Below are positions 28,557-39,283 of a stretch of 64,000 nucleotides of DNA, piece after piece. This stretch comes from Gammaproteobacteria bacterium (GTDB lineage Bacteria > Pseudomonadota > Gammaproteobacteria > DSM-16500): the NCBI GenBank assembly GCA_013288815.1, contig JABDBD010000004.1:18404-82403 (forward strand), given 5' to 3'. Position 1 is the first letter of the stretch. The number at the start of each line of letters is the position of its first letter. Position numbers and translations under genes: made by a program. The notes under the pieces are model-generated. The model saw nothing but the letters and a program-made list of their open reading frames with translations, was not told the DNA's origin and searched no databases.

Positions 28557-28743
28557 CTAAGGACCTGTGCAACAATAACTTATCTTTCTTGCATCTCATC
28601 TTGAGGCTATCTTTGAACGTTTTATTCTTCGAGAAAACACTTACATAGCGCAACTATGCGCGTATTTTCTCGAAGAATAAAACGTTCAAATCTAACCTCA
28701 ATCTGAGCGCAAGAAAGATAAGTTATTGTTGCACAGGTCCTAA
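28557..28743. mobile_element. palindromic MITE/RPE-like hairpin element, copy B
   Basis: CTAA at 28557-28560 and 28740-28743; perfect arms GGACCTGTGCAACAATAACTTATCTTTCTTGC / GCAAGAAAGATAAGTTATTGTTGCACAGGTCC; internal motifs shared with copy A. Confidence 0.88.
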
Positions 28744-31700
28744 TACGTCAATAAAGGCTCTCTTAAATTATCTCTTAAGTTATCTCTTAAGTTATCTCTT
28801 AAGTTATCTCTTAAGTTATCAGCAACGTTATTATTTGGCTGTCTAATTAAATCCTCAACGTCATCCCCTGCTACTTGAAGTGTGTCTCCAATCACTTTTT
28901 TCCCTATCAAGAAATCTGGGATATGTTTCTCAATCTCGCTTAAGGACTCGAGAAGTTGTTTTTTATTTTTCTTGAGGTAATCATGAAGTCCTTTGTTGTG
29001 TTCTTTTAGTTGCTTCATGACTTCTTTCACACGGTAGCCGGATTGACTCATCCACCATTGCAATGCTTTTAGTGCATCGAACTCAAGCTGCAATGTGCTT
29101 ACTTTAAAGAAACATGAAAAGCAACGAGTTCTATTCTTAGCTTTTTTTGTATCATTTTCAATGCAATTTATTAAATCAATTCTACTGGCTGTTGATAAAA
29201 ACGGTTTGAGCATCGTACCTGTTCGGCCCTCAGATAACAGATGACACTCACGATCAGTTAAAAAACTTGTGAAAATATGCAAGTTATTTTGATTTACTAG
29301 TTGTGCATATATTTTTTGGAGAGCATCCATTTTATCTTGTTTTATATTTGAAAATTGGCGAGCGTTGAATTTCTCGTTAAATAATTCATTTTTACGTTGA
29401 ACAATTTTATTTAAAAGCTCTATTTTCAAATTTTCTTTAATCACTCTCTCTTCATCAGCCAGTGCTTGCTGAGAAGATTGAATCCGCTTTACCATAAATT
29501 GTTTGGTTAGCCAATCATGACTACTTGCGGAAGAAAATAATTCACGACGTTGCGACAAAATTGCTTGTGTATATGGGAAGTTTTTTCCTCCTTCAAATCT
29601 ATAACCTAGCGCTGCTATTTTTGATGAAAATACTTCAACTATGTCGCGAAATGATTTTCCGCCAACCGATATAGCGCTTGATATATATCCTTCCTTTAAA
29701 TAAAGTTGAGTTTCTAATTTATCAAATAAAAGAGTAAAGTTATAAAGAACATGATTGATTTGTTTTGCTGCGTGCAGGAATTGATCCGTTGATAAAATAG
29801 ATAATGAGTCAATTAACTGAGAAGCGCGACTAGCAAATTTAAATAATTGGCGTGGATTTTTTAATATGAAGGCTATCGCAGATGTTTCTTTTTGCTGAGC
29901 GGCAATTAACATGTCTGCTTTTTCAAAGCCTTTCTTAACAGCAGCTTTGATAGTTTCGTCTCTATTTGAGAGGTCATTCAGCGCAGAATAGAGTAGTCGA
30001 ATATCCTGAAGCGCGCCTTTTAATGTATCATTATCAGAAGCATAATCATTTTTGCTAACCCAGGCTAGTTTTGCAGGATGATCCGATAAGGGCGCAACCG
30101 CCGCTTGTTGTAGAGTCCCTATTGCGCTCGTTAATAGATCCGCAATCGGTGGTAATGCATTAATAAACGGGTGATGGCGTAATGCTTGCAACTCTCCCAT
30201 CACGTTTGTCAGTGATGAGATAGTTGTATTTAAATTACGGATAGTTTGTTGGAAGTGACTAATGGGTATTGCGCGTCTTTTATCTTCAGCAGTTGCTTTT
30301 GCTTGTAAAATTTTAGCTTCATTTGCTAATTTCTTAATATGTTTAATCGACTGAGCAATTGGAACCATCCACGAGGTGAACATATTAATGTTAACATTGA
30401 CTAAATTATCTTGATACTTTTCCTCTGAGTGTTTTTCTTCTTCTGTCACATCAATACAAACTCTCAATAGACTATCATCAACAAAACAATCTTGATGAAT
30501 GTTTTGGTCTAATTCGTCTTTTAATTTTTCTTCACACTTGCCAACAATAGCAAGAACTCTATCAAACACATTTTCTTTTGACTCTGCACCGTTTGATTGA
30601 GTTATGACTGATATCAATTGCTTGGTACCGCTAATTAACGCTGGCACATCGCTATCAATTATTTCTTCTCGTACATTTTCATGTGATATAGGTATGATAG
30701 GCCAATTCGATATTGTTCGTGGTAATTGTTCTAATACTTTTTCTGCTTGTTCGATTAGCTCTTTGTTATCGCTTTCTTGTTTTTTGAACCAAGCAGTACG
30801 ATTGTTAATGCGATCCATTGCATTCTGATAAATTAAACGGATCTTTGTTATAATTGTTTTATTCGTTCCCTCTTTTATGTATTTTTTAATGACCGTATCC
30901 AAATCCGTTATGCTCAGTGGCAAATGAGCGACTGGTTTTTGAGACTGTTGTTGATCCGGGTTAGTTATCTCTGGCGGTAATTTAGATTTGAGTAGTAGAA
31001 GTTGTTCTTTTTTAGATTTTTCTCGACCAAGTGTTGTCGGGTTTTCTTCGTATTCACGAATTTTAGCATCAATGATATTGATACTTTGTTTTTTGGCATT
31101 TTCCCAAATGTTTTTTTGAACGGCATCTTCTTGAAGTAATTGTTGGGATAGTGCGATAGGAAATAATTTTCGTTCTGCTAAAATCGATTTTGAAAATGGA
31201 TAAAGCTCTTCACACATCGGGTAACCCGCTTTTTTCATATCAGAAACATAAAGGCGAGTAAATTTCTCTGCTAATTGATGAAATGATAATGTGATACGTG
31301 TTTCAGGTGCTGAGGCATTGCTACTGTTGTTACTGGTAGTGAAAATAGGTTCGTCCAGTAATTTTTGTTTGTCGAGTCCGGATCGGCTAGCGACTTTTTC
31401 TAATAATAAATATGCGCGACGTATTCGAGTATTTAATTCTGATGCAACAATTAAAATAATATCTTGAGCAGTTTCAGAATAACTTGAAAAGTTATCACCT
31501 AATTTTTCTTCCATTAAGCGAATACCATCCTGCAATTTTTGGATGTGAAATGGCGGTAAAATAGTACTAATTGAGAAAGCTGAGGCATTATTAGGGATAG
31601 AGTTATTGATAGCTGGAGTAGCCACCAATCCTCCAACAATAAGATCTAATTCAAGATTATTAAAGGCTTTGATTAGCTCTGGCCCAAGTTTAATCCGATC

Positions 31701-32099
31701 TATAGCGGCAGCAATAATTTGTGGTGTCGTGTTTTTTTTATCATGAACAATAATAGAAAATATTTTTACTTCTTCGATAAACTTTTTTAACTCTTTTGCA
31801 AATTGTCCCCATTTGCTATCAGCTGGATTAGGGCTGTTGGATGGTCGTTTCAGTGTTTCTAATTTTTTACTAGCCATATCAATAAAAGCCATAATAGCAG
31901 GAGCATGTTCGTGCCATTGCCACAACAGTTGCTGAAGCTGCACTAATGCACCTTGAGAGCTCTCCATGAATTCTTTGGGTTTTGTTGTTGCGAGATCATA
32001 CCAACTGATATCGGGAAGCACAGGCGAAGCTACTGTAGTGGAACTTGCTGAAGACGTTTGTGGCGAGGTTCTATGCATAAAAGATCTCTTGAAATCCAA
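28740..32099 (-). CDS. large alpha-helical hypothetical protein, candidate type IV secretion effector
   Basis: 1119 aa ORF, helical/coiled composition, no housekeeping motif; alternative start ATG 32078. Confidence 0.7.
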   Translation of the reverse strand: MDFKRSFMHRTSPQTSSASSTTVASPVLPDISWYDLATTKPKEFMESSQGALVQLQQLLWQWHEHAPAIMAFIDMASKKLETLKRPSNSPNPADSKWGQFAKELKKFIEEVKIFSIIVHDKKNTTPQIIAAAIDRIKLGPELIKAFNNLELDLIVGGLVATPAINNSIPNNASAFSISTILPPFHIQKLQDGIRLMEEKLGDNFSSYSETAQDIILIVASELNTRIRRAYLLLEKVASRSGLDKQKLLDEPIFTTSNNSSNASAPETRITLSFHQLAEKFTRLYVSDMKKAGYPMCEELYPFSKSILAERKLFPIALSQQLLQEDAVQKNIWENAKKQSINIIDAKIREYEENPTTLGREKSKKEQLLLLKSKLPPEITNPDQQQSQKPVAHLPLSITDLDTVIKKYIKEGTNKTIITKIRLIYQNAMDRINNRTAWFKKQESDNKELIEQAEKVLEQLPRTISNWPIIPISHENVREEIIDSDVPALISGTKQLISVITQSNGAESKENVFDRVLAIVGKCEEKLKDELDQNIHQDCFVDDSLLRVCIDVTEEEKHSEEKYQDNLVNVNINMFTSWMVPIAQSIKHIKKLANEAKILQAKATAEDKRRAIPISHFQQTIRNLNTTISSLTNVMGELQALRHHPFINALPPIADLLTSAIGTLQQAAVAPLSDHPAKLAWVSKNDYASDNDTLKGALQDIRLLYSALNDLSNRDETIKAAVKKGFEKADMLIAAQQKETSAIAFILKNPRQLFKFASRASQLIDSLSILSTDQFLHAAKQINHVLYNFTLLFDKLETQLYLKEGYISSAISVGGKSFRDIVEVFSSKIAALGYRFEGGKNFPYTQAILSQRRELFSSASSHDWLTKQFMVKRIQSSQQALADEERVIKENLKIELLNKIVQRKNELFNEKFNARQFSNIKQDKMDALQKIYAQLVNQNNLHIFTSFLTDRECHLLSEGRTGTMLKPFLSTASRIDLINCIENDTKKAKNRTRCFSCFFKVSTLQLEFDALKALQWWMSQSGYRVKEVMKQLKEHNKGLHDYLKKNKKQLLESLSEIEKHIPDFLIGKKVIGDTLQVAGDDVEDLIRQPNNNVADNLRDNLRDNLRDNLRDNLREPLLTY
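28759..28820. repeat. 12 bp coding tandem repeat, 5 units (NLRD)
   Basis: TCTCTTAA(G/A)TTA x5 encoding DNLRDNLRDNLRDNLRDNLRE on the minus strand. Confidence 0.95.
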
Positions 32100-32413
32100 T
32101 GCTTATTGTAAAGATTGTAATAGTACCTTAATTTGATTGGGCAATCAATGATCATTCAAAGAAAAATATGGCAGAAAAAATGCACATAAATAGGCGATTC
32201 AAGTTCTAACTTACTTATTTCTTATGAAAATGATAGGTTTTGTTTGCAGCGTGTGATTAAATTGATGGCGTTAGCAAATTATGGCTAAACTATGCACGAT
32301 AAACACATAACAATTTCCAATCACTTAAAGCCAGTACCTTCTGAGAAAGAACAAATTGTATAGTAGGTAATGTAGGTTTAGTTCACGCTCGTCGCCCCGC
32401 GGCTTGTCAGGCT

Positions 32414-33700
32414 TTATTTTGAAAATAAGTGTGATAGCAATCTCTGTGGATTATGAAAATCTAACCATTTCTCAGAAACCCATTTTGCAGTTTGTTCGTA
32501 TGCATCATATTGTGAAATCACTTTTAGCAAAGACTCTGAAATTGACTCCGATGTTAGATATATTTCACCCGCAAATTCCGGAAGTTCTGTTTTCGTTATT
32601 TTAAATTCATTGAGCTGTGATGACATCCAGCTATTCTGCGGGACAATAACAGGAATACCAGCCACTAATGCTTCGGTAAAAATGCCCGAGCTTCTGGCGG
32701 AGTATGCTGTGTTGTCATAAGGGAGTAGTATGATGTCACTGCGAAGAACGAGTTCACGGTAATCCGTTGGGCTTAAAGGTTGCATGAGTAATGTGACGAG
32801 CTCAGCAGGATAAGTTTCTAATATTCTTCGAGCAGCGACTGCTGCAGGTTCACCTTCTTCAATATTAAAGTTTGACTGAACGGTGAAATGAATAGGTCTT
32901 GGTGTCTTTTTCTGTATTTCATTAATAATTTTTGGCAGATGGTGATAGCCTTTCTCGGTGCGGGCATCGCCAATGTAGTTAATAAATAATTTATCTTTCT
33001 TAGCGATAGCGTTATTCTCACCAAAGTTTTTTTCAATCGGAATAGGTAAGGTGTTAAATGAGACTAAGTTTAATTGATTATATAGTTTTGTGAGTGGATC
33101 TGTATCGGTATAGAAAAAAACATTGTTACATTTCATTGTCTGTAGTAAATGAAGCGCTTTCTTCAGTTGGTCAGTATAAATATCAGAATGAAATAGCAAA
33201 TGCCACGCAGCCTTTTGATAATCAGTATTCTGTTTAAAAAAATGAATCAGCCCCATTAATTCATTTTCTGTTGTCGTTGGGATAAAAACGACATCGTTCT
33301 GTTGTAATGGTAATTGCGTAAAAAGGTTGGCAGTATCTTTTGTAAAAGCTTTGATTTTGTATCGAGTGAAAATAGCTTTTATAAAATGCTTAAATCGTTC
33401 TTTTTTATTTTTTTGAGTGATAGTGAGTGAATTATTTGTCGTGACAAGTTTGATATTTTTCTGTTTGAACCGGCGAAAAAAATAGTAGAGAGGGAATTTT
33501 TTCGGTACCAACCGTTGGCCCATACGATAAGTTGAAATAAAGTTTAATTCTGCATTTTCAGAATCTTGAAACTTTTTATTCACTGCTAAATAGGCGTGAT
33601 ATCCCATTTCGTTGGCGGCTCTGCACACGCGAGTTGAATACTCGTAATAGTGTCCAGTCCAGCCTTCGATGGCGGGTTCGATGAGAATAAATTTTTGCAT
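32414..33700 (-). CDS. GT-B (GT4-like) glycosyltransferase
   Basis: GWTGHYYEY, YIGDARTEKG, LLPYD..YSARSSGIFTEAL. Confidence 0.78.
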   Translation of the reverse strand: MQKFILIEPAIEGWTGHYYEYSTRVCRAANEMGYHAYLAVNKKFQDSENAELNFISTYRMGQRLVPKKFPLYYFFRRFKQKNIKLVTTNNSLTITQKNKKERFKHFIKAIFTRYKIKAFTKDTANLFTQLPLQQNDVVFIPTTTENELMGLIHFFKQNTDYQKAAWHLLFHSDIYTDQLKKALHLLQTMKCNNVFFYTDTDPLTKLYNQLNLVSFNTLPIPIEKNFGENNAIAKKDKLFINYIGDARTEKGYHHLPKIINEIQKKTPRPIHFTVQSNFNIEEGEPAAVAARRILETYPAELVTLLMQPLSPTDYRELVLRSDIILLPYDNTAYSARSSGIFTEALVAGIPVIVPQNSWMSSQLNEFKITKTELPEFAGEIYLTSESISESLLKVISQYDAYEQTAKWVSEKWLDFHNPQRLLSHLFSK

Positions 33701-33705
33701 AGATA

Positions 33706-34644
33706 TTAGATATTCGTATATCGACTATTTCGCAGGATAGAATACCCTTTAATTAACTCAATAATGCCTGCATCCAGCATGTATTCAGGTTTAAATCCGG
33801 TTTTTTCAATTTTTTCATTGGAGACTATGTAGTCACGTTTGTCGGGATCTTCACCAATAGCGGCTTCTGAGTAGACAAAGTCTTTGACGTGTTGTTGGAT
33901 TTTTTCACAGAGTTCAATTTTGGACAAATTCGCATTGCTTAAACCGACATTGTAGGCTTGGCCTTTCATGGTTTCAAAGTTTTTCAAAGCATGTAAAAAG
34001 GCGCGAGCGACATCTCGGACGTGTATAAAGTTTCGTTTAGCATGTCCCTCAAAAATAACCGCGGATCTATCCATCACAGCCCGATAAACAAAGTCGTTGA
34101 CTAACAAATCAATGCGCATGCGTGGAGACAAGCCAAATACGGTTGCTAAACGAAATGTAACGCTATTTCCAGCGTCTAAAACAGCTTTTTCTGCATCAAC
34201 TTTAGTGACACCATAAAGTGAAATAGGGCGTAAGGGTGTGTCTTCGGTGCAATATTTTCCTTTTTCGCCAATGCCATATCCGCTATTGGTTGTTGGATAA
34301 ATAATTTTTTGTTTGGGTGTGCGCAAGGACAGTAATAATTGAATGGCTTCAAAGTTAATAGAGCGAGCAGCTGTTTGGTCAAATTGGCAAGCTGGTGCAC
34401 CGACAATAGCTGCTAGCGGTATAATAATGTCTGCATTTTTCATGACCTTTTCCATCAAGGTGCGGTCCCTGCAGTCACCCCGAACAACTTCAAAGTCAGG
34501 ATTTGCACAGCATTCAAGTAAGCTATTCTGTGAAAATAAAAAAATATCTAAAACCGTAACGTGATATCCCGCACTTAATAAAGCAGGTGCTAATGTAGAT
34601 CCCAAATAGCCTGCGCCGCCGGTAATTAAAATGCGTTCTTTCAC
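33706..34644 (-). CDS. NAD-dependent GDP-heptose 4-dehydrogenase-like SDR (Cj1427-like)
   Basis: GGAGYLG, IIPLAAIVGAP, TTNSGYGIGEK, TFRLATVFG.SPRMR.DLLVNDF, IGEDPDKRDY; GTG start 34644 with AAGGAAG RBS. Confidence 0.8.
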   Translation of the reverse strand: MKERILITGGAGYLGSTLAPALLSAGYHVTVLDIFLFSQNSLLECCANPDFEVVRGDCRDRTLMEKVMKNADIIIPLAAIVGAPACQFDQTAARSINFEAIQLLLSLRTPKQKIIYPTTNSGYGIGEKGKYCTEDTPLRPISLYGVTKVDAEKAVLDAGNSVTFRLATVFGLSPRMRIDLLVNDFVYRAVMDRSAVIFEGHAKRNFIHVRDVARAFLHALKNFETMKGQAYNVGLSNANLSKIELCEKIQQHVKDFVYSEAAIGEDPDKRDYIVSNEKIEKTGFKPEYMLDAGIIELIKGYSILRNSRYTNI

Positions 34645-34744
34645 GATAAGCTTCCTTTTTTGCAGTAGAATAATGATGGCAATACTACTGAAATATTGAT
34701 GTAGGGGCAAGAAATCTGAGGATTGCAGGTTTTGATTTTTATTC

Positions 34745-35893
34745 CTAGCTGATGGGCTGGTTAGGTTTTAGGTGTAATAAAAAATCACTAATGGGGATAC
34801 ACAATATATTTTGTTTTAATATTTTTTCTTTGCCACCATAAAGTAACAGGGTGGTGCATGTTGGGTAATCATTTTTAAATTCCTGCAATCCTCTTAAGTC
34901 GGCTGGCTTAATAGAGGCTGATTTTTTTACTTCAATAGCAAAGAAGCCAATCTCCCCATAAATAATAAAATCCACTTCTAGCCCAGATTTAGTGCGCCAA
35001 AAATAGAGTGTGCCCTCTTTGTCCGAATAGTCTATCCATGCTCTTAGATGTTGGGCGACTAAGGTTTCAAGAGCATGACCAGCTATTTCTTCTGGATTAT
35101 CGAGTGGCCCCATAGGGCGAATTGATTGAAAGACTCCAGCATCAAAAAAATAAAATTTTGGGTGGTGTGTCAGGATTCGTTTTGCTTTTTTAGTAAAAAT
35201 GGTCAGTTTAAAACTAAGCAAGAGGTCTTCTAAAATTTGTACGTAATTCTCAACGGTATTGCTGCTAATATGGCACTCACGAGCAATATTGGTATAGTTA
35301 ATGATGGATGCTTGCGAGAAACTAATAACTTCTAAGAACTGGCTGAATTGATCTACTTTTCGAACGAGTCCTTCCATTTGGACTTCTTCTTGCATATAAA
35401 GAGCGATATATGTTTTTAGGTCATTGACTGGATCTATCGAGTTTAACACCAATGGCAGCATGCCTAGTTTTAAATTTTTTTCTAAGTGGAATTGTTTTGG
35501 AATTTCAGCAGCCATAAAGGGGTGTAAGTGTTTTAGCTGTGCTCTGCCGGCTAATAAATCGACGCCTGTTCTTTTTAATTTTCTAGCGCTAGATCCGGTT
35601 AAAATAAACCGCCAACCCTTTTTCATTTCTATTAATTGGTGAACGACACTTAATAGCTCAGGAACCTTTTGCACTTCATCAATAACAAAGGTTTTTGTCA
35701 TTGGATCAGCTAATACTAAGTCTAATAATCTTTCTGGATAGGCTCTATATTGTCGATAAGAGGCTGGGTCTAATAGGTCAACAATAGTTACATTGTTAAT
35801 TTTATTAACTAACAATGACTTACCTGTTCCTCGAGGTCCAAATAAAAAAAAACTTCTTTCAGAAACATGGAAAAAACGAGGTACTATTTCCAT
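34745..35893 (-). CDS. AAA+ ATPase with DUF4143 C-terminal domain
   Basis: GPRGTGKS, IDEVQ, LTGSS, LAGRA, PKFYFFDAG, EVDF..AIEVK. Confidence 0.88.
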   Translation of the reverse strand: MEIVPRFFHVSERSFFLFGPRGTGKSLLVNKINNVTIVDLLDPASYRQYRAYPERLLDLVLADPMTKTFVIDEVQKVPELLSVVHQLIEMKKGWRFILTGSSARKLKRTGVDLLAGRAQLKHLHPFMAAEIPKQFHLEKNLKLGMLPLVLNSIDPVNDLKTYIALYMQEEVQMEGLVRKVDQFSQFLEVISFSQASIINYTNIARECHISSNTVENYVQILEDLLLSFKLTIFTKKAKRILTHHPKFYFFDAGVFQSIRPMGPLDNPEEIAGHALETLVAQHLRAWIDYSDKEGTLYFWRTKSGLEVDFIIYGEIGFFAIEVKKSASIKPADLRGLQEFKNDYPTCTTLLLYGGKEKILKQNILCIPISDFLLHLKPNQPIS

Positions 35894-36002
35894 TTTTCCT
35901 TCCTTTTTTGAATTAGTGTTTCATAAAAGGATACTAAAATATTGCATGAAAATCAATTCAACAATCGCTAAACTGACGGCAAATATATTTAGGAGCAACG
36001 TT

Positions 36003-37241
36003 GTGCCTCAACCAAATCAAAATCTCAATATAACAACAGCCGATTTTATAGTGATTGGCGCAGGAGTCATTGGTTTAAATATTGCAAGAGAGTTAAAACG
36101 ACGTTTCACGGATAGCCATATTATTGTTATCGAAAAAGAAAATGAAGTGGCTGAGCATGCGAGTGGGCGCAATAGTGGTGTGTTGCATGCCGGATTTTAT
36201 TATACAAAAGACAGCCTCAAAGCAAAATTTACTCGCGATGGAAATAAAGCATTAACCGAGTATTGCGAAGAAAAAAAAATTGCTATGAATCGTTGTGGAA
36301 AATTAGTCGTTGCTCGCCATGAAGGAGAGTTGTCTGGATTAAATGAATTACTCCATCGCGGTAAACAAAATGGAATTGAATTACAATTTATTTCTGAACA
36401 AGAAGCGCGTGAAATTGAGCCGCGTGTCAAAACATTTGCGCATGCGCTTTTTTCGCCGACGACATCATCTGTATCTCCAAAAGTAGTGATGGAGAATATT
36501 TTAGTAGATGCTGAACGAGAAAAAATTAACGTATTAAAGGGCGTGAAATATTTGGGAAGAAAATATAATAAAATTCGTACGAACAACGGAATATTCGAGG
36601 CGGCTTATATTATTAATACCGCGGGTTTGTATGCGGATTTGATTGCCAAAGATTTTGGGTTCTCAAAAAACTACACGATTCTTCCCTTTAAGGGATTATA
36701 TCTTTATGCTTCAAATTCAAATGAGAAACTCAATACGAATATCTATCCTGTTCCTAACTTGCATAATCCATTTTTAGGCGTTCATTTTACAGTGACTGTC
36801 GATGGAAAAGTCAAAATAGGGCCGACAGCGATTCCAGCCTTTTGGCGTGAGCATTATCAAGGTTTTTCAAGATTTAATCTTTCTGAAATATATAAAATAG
36901 TATTATGTGAGTTAGGATTATTTGTAAAAGCGGGTTTTGATTTTCGCAATTTAGCATTTGAAGAAATTAAAAAATATAGCCGCAGTGTGTTGACCAAGCA
37001 TGCCAGTGAATTAGCAACACACATTCATAAAAGTAATTATGTAACCTGGGGGAAGCCAGGTATCAGGGCGCAATTGTTAAATACACAGACACGCAAATTA
37101 GAAATGGATTTTATTATCGAAGGGGATAATAAATCCATGCATGTTCTGAATGCGGTTTCGCCAGCGTTTACGTGTTCTATACCGTTTTCACGATATGTGG
37201 TCGATAAAATTGAGGTTCAGCTTTCTCGTAGTCACGGTTGA
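36003..37241 (+). CDS. lhgO: L-2-hydroxyglutarate oxidase/dehydrogenase
   Basis: IGAGVIG, HASGRNSGVLHAGFYY, IYPVP..PFLGVHFT, GIRAQ, NAVSPAFT; GTG 36003 after AGGAG. Confidence 0.82.
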   Translation: MPQPNQNLNITTADFIVIGAGVIGLNIARELKRRFTDSHIIVIEKENEVAEHASGRNSGVLHAGFYYTKDSLKAKFTRDGNKALTEYCEEKKIAMNRCGKLVVARHEGELSGLNELLHRGKQNGIELQFISEQEAREIEPRVKTFAHALFSPTTSSVSPKVVMENILVDAEREKINVLKGVKYLGRKYNKIRTNNGIFEAAYIINTAGLYADLIAKDFGFSKNYTILPFKGLYLYASNSNEKLNTNIYPVPNLHNPFLGVHFTVTVDGKVKIGPTAIPAFWREHYQGFSRFNLSEIYKIVLCELGLFVKAGFDFRNLAFEEIKKYSRSVLTKHASELATHIHKSNYVTWGKPGIRAQLLNTQTRKLEMDFIIEGDNKSMHVLNAVSPAFTCSIPFSRYVVDKIEVQLSRSHG

Positions 37242-38338
37242 GCAGCTGGAGTAAGACTTAAGCTGGCTTCTTGATAAGCAGAAATTTGACTGAGAGTGAT
37301 GCGCGCCATGTCTGCGTCTTGATGCCATGCTTTGTGCCATATGACAACTTGTTCTAATGCTTTTTCTAATGACCACCGTGGTTTCCAGCCAAGATCAGTA
37401 TAAGCAAGCGTACTATCTAATTTCAGTAAATGCGTTTCATGTAATGGTGTATGAATAGCTTCTAACTCTATATGTGCATTGTCACCCCAACGTTGCGCCA
37501 ACATCTCAGCGACTTGACTGACGGTGGCGTCACCTTTTGCATCCGGCCCGAAATTCCAAGCGCGGGCAAATTGATTGCCAGTAGCTGAGAGTAGGTGTTC
37601 GGCAAGTTGAAGATAACCTGCTAGGGGTTCTAATACATGTTGCCAGGGGCGTATTGCGTGAGGAAAACGCAAGCGTACAGGTTTTTTTGCTTTAAATGCG
37701 CGTAAACAATCTGGCACTAGCCTGTCAACAGCCCAATCTCCGCCACCTATCACATTGCCAGCACGAACTGTTGCGACGCGAATGGGGTGGTCTGATTCCT
37801 CATTAAAAAAACTTTCTCGATAACTTGCGGTCACTAGTTCTGCGGCGGCTTTAGAAGCGCTATAGGGATCATGACCCCCGAGTGCATCTGTTTCGCGATA
37901 AGCATGATAATGCTCTCGATTCTGATAGACTTTGTCTGTTGTAACGATAATGATTGCGCGAATCGAGTCACTAGTGCGTGCAGCTTCTAAAACATGTGCT
38001 GTGCCAAGAATATTACTGGTTAATGTGCCTAGAGGGTTACGATAGCTTTCTCGTACTAACGGTTGAGCTGCTAAATGAAAGATAATTTCTGGGCGCGACT
38101 GCTGGATGGTTGATTTCAATTGTTCGAGGTCTGCAAGATCAGCGCGAGTCTCTGACGTGAGTAGCTTAGCAATCTTGGCAACGTCAAATAAGTTGAGTTG
38201 AGTAGGAGGTTCAAGAGAGTAACCATGAATGTTCGCGCCAAGATGATGTAACCACGATGTAAGCCATCCACCTTTGAAGCCAGTGTGGCCAGTGATTAAG
38301 ACTGAGCGATTTTTCCATACATTTGCGTGTATCTTCAT
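37232..38338 (-). CDS. rfbG: CDP-glucose 4,6-dehydratase
   Basis: [54 protein letters not shown]. Confidence 0.95.
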   Translation of the reverse strand: MKIHANVWKNRSVLITGHTGFKGGWLTSWLHHLGANIHGYSLEPPTQLNLFDVAKIAKLLTSETRADLADLEQLKSTIQQSRPEIIFHLAAQPLVRESYRNPLGTLTSNILGTAHVLEAARTSDSIRAIIIVTTDKVYQNREHYHAYRETDALGGHDPYSASKAAAELVTASYRESFFNEESDHPIRVATVRAGNVIGGGDWAVDRLVPDCLRAFKAKKPVRLRFPHAIRPWQHVLEPLAGYLQLAEHLLSATGNQFARAWNFGPDAKGDATVSQVAEMLAQRWGDNAHIELEAIHTPLHETHLLKLDSTLAYTDLGWKPRWSLEKALEQVVIWHKAWHQDADMARITLSQISAYQEASLSLTPAAQP

Positions 38339-39168
38339 GCGATATCCACTGTTTCTTTTATCTCGGTATGTTTCAACACATTGGGTTTAGACCATATGTC
38401 CCAGGGCGCATCGCCTGAATTCCAAAGGTTTTCAAGATGATTTTTATCCCGCAACGTATCCATGGGTTGCCAAAATCCATTATGTTCATAAGCCATCAAT
38501 TGGCCGTTTGCAGCAAGTGTATTTAATGGGGTTTCTTCCCAACTTGTTGTGTCATTATCAATAAGTGCAAGACACTTAGGCGAGAGAATAAAAAAACCAC
38601 CGTTAATCATGCCGCCATCACCTCGAGGTTTTTCCATAAAACCGGAAACCTTCTTGTTGTGGTCTAGCTGTAGAGCACCAAAACGACCGGGTGGTTTAAC
38701 AGCTGTGATGGTAGCCCACTTGCCATGTTGCTGATGAAAAAGAAGTTGTGCTGAGATGTCAATATCAGCCACACCATCGCCATAAGTAAAACAAAAAGCA
38801 TCTTCGTCAATAAGATAGTTAGCAACGCGTTTCAGACGGCTTCCAGTGGGTGTGTTTTCACCTGTATCGACGAGTGTGACTTTCCAGGGTTCTGCGTTTT
38901 GTTGGTGGACTTCCATGGTGTTGTTCGCGATATCAAAAGTGATATCTGACATATGTAAAAAATAATTTGCAAAGTATTCTTTGATGAGATAGCCCTTATA
39001 ACCACAGCAAATGATAAACTCATGGATGCCATGAGCGCTGTATATTTTCATGATATGCCAAAGTATCGGTTTGCCGCCGATTTCAATCATCGGCTTTGGT
39101 CTGGCATTGGATTCTTCCGAAATGCGAGATCCTAATCCGCCTGCGAGAATAACAGCTTTCATATCCAT
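38335..39168 (-). CDS. rfbF: glucose-1-phosphate cytidylyltransferase
   Basis: [46 protein letters not shown]. Confidence 0.95.
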   Translation of the reverse strand: MDMKAVILAGGLGSRISEESNARPKPMIEIGGKPILWHIMKIYSAHGIHEFIICCGYKGYLIKEYFANYFLHMSDITFDIANNTMEVHQQNAEPWKVTLVDTGENTPTGSRLKRVANYLIDEDAFCFTYGDGVADIDISAQLLFHQQHGKWATITAVKPPGRFGALQLDHNKKVSGFMEKPRGDGGMINGGFFILSPKCLALIDNDTTSWEETPLNTLAANGQLMAYEHNGFWQPMDTLRDKNHLENLWNSGDAPWDIWSKPNVLKHTEIKETVDIA

Positions 39169-39283
39169 TCCTTGTGATATTTTTTTACTGTGGTGCGATA
39201 ATCCGAATCTAGGATAATGTTATAACAAAATGGTTGCTAAACAAAATTGCTTTAACATATAGTTAGTCAGTCACGAAGCGGCT

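Noticed and set aside
28743-28770. eukaryotic acidic dileucine sorting motif in ...NLREPLLTY
   Set aside because: Acidic residue spacing does not fit [DE]xxxL[LI]
28759-28820. CRISPR array
   Set aside because: Head-to-tail 12 bp coding repeat with no spacers and no cas genes
32391-32409. GTCGCCCCGCGGCTTGTCA, a possible truncated palindromic repeat
   Set aside because: Only half a palindrome; too short to support
35793-36002. 70 aa N-terminal extension of LhgO in the ORF track
   Set aside because: Overlaps the divergent ATPase gene; the AGGAG RBS supports GTG at 36003
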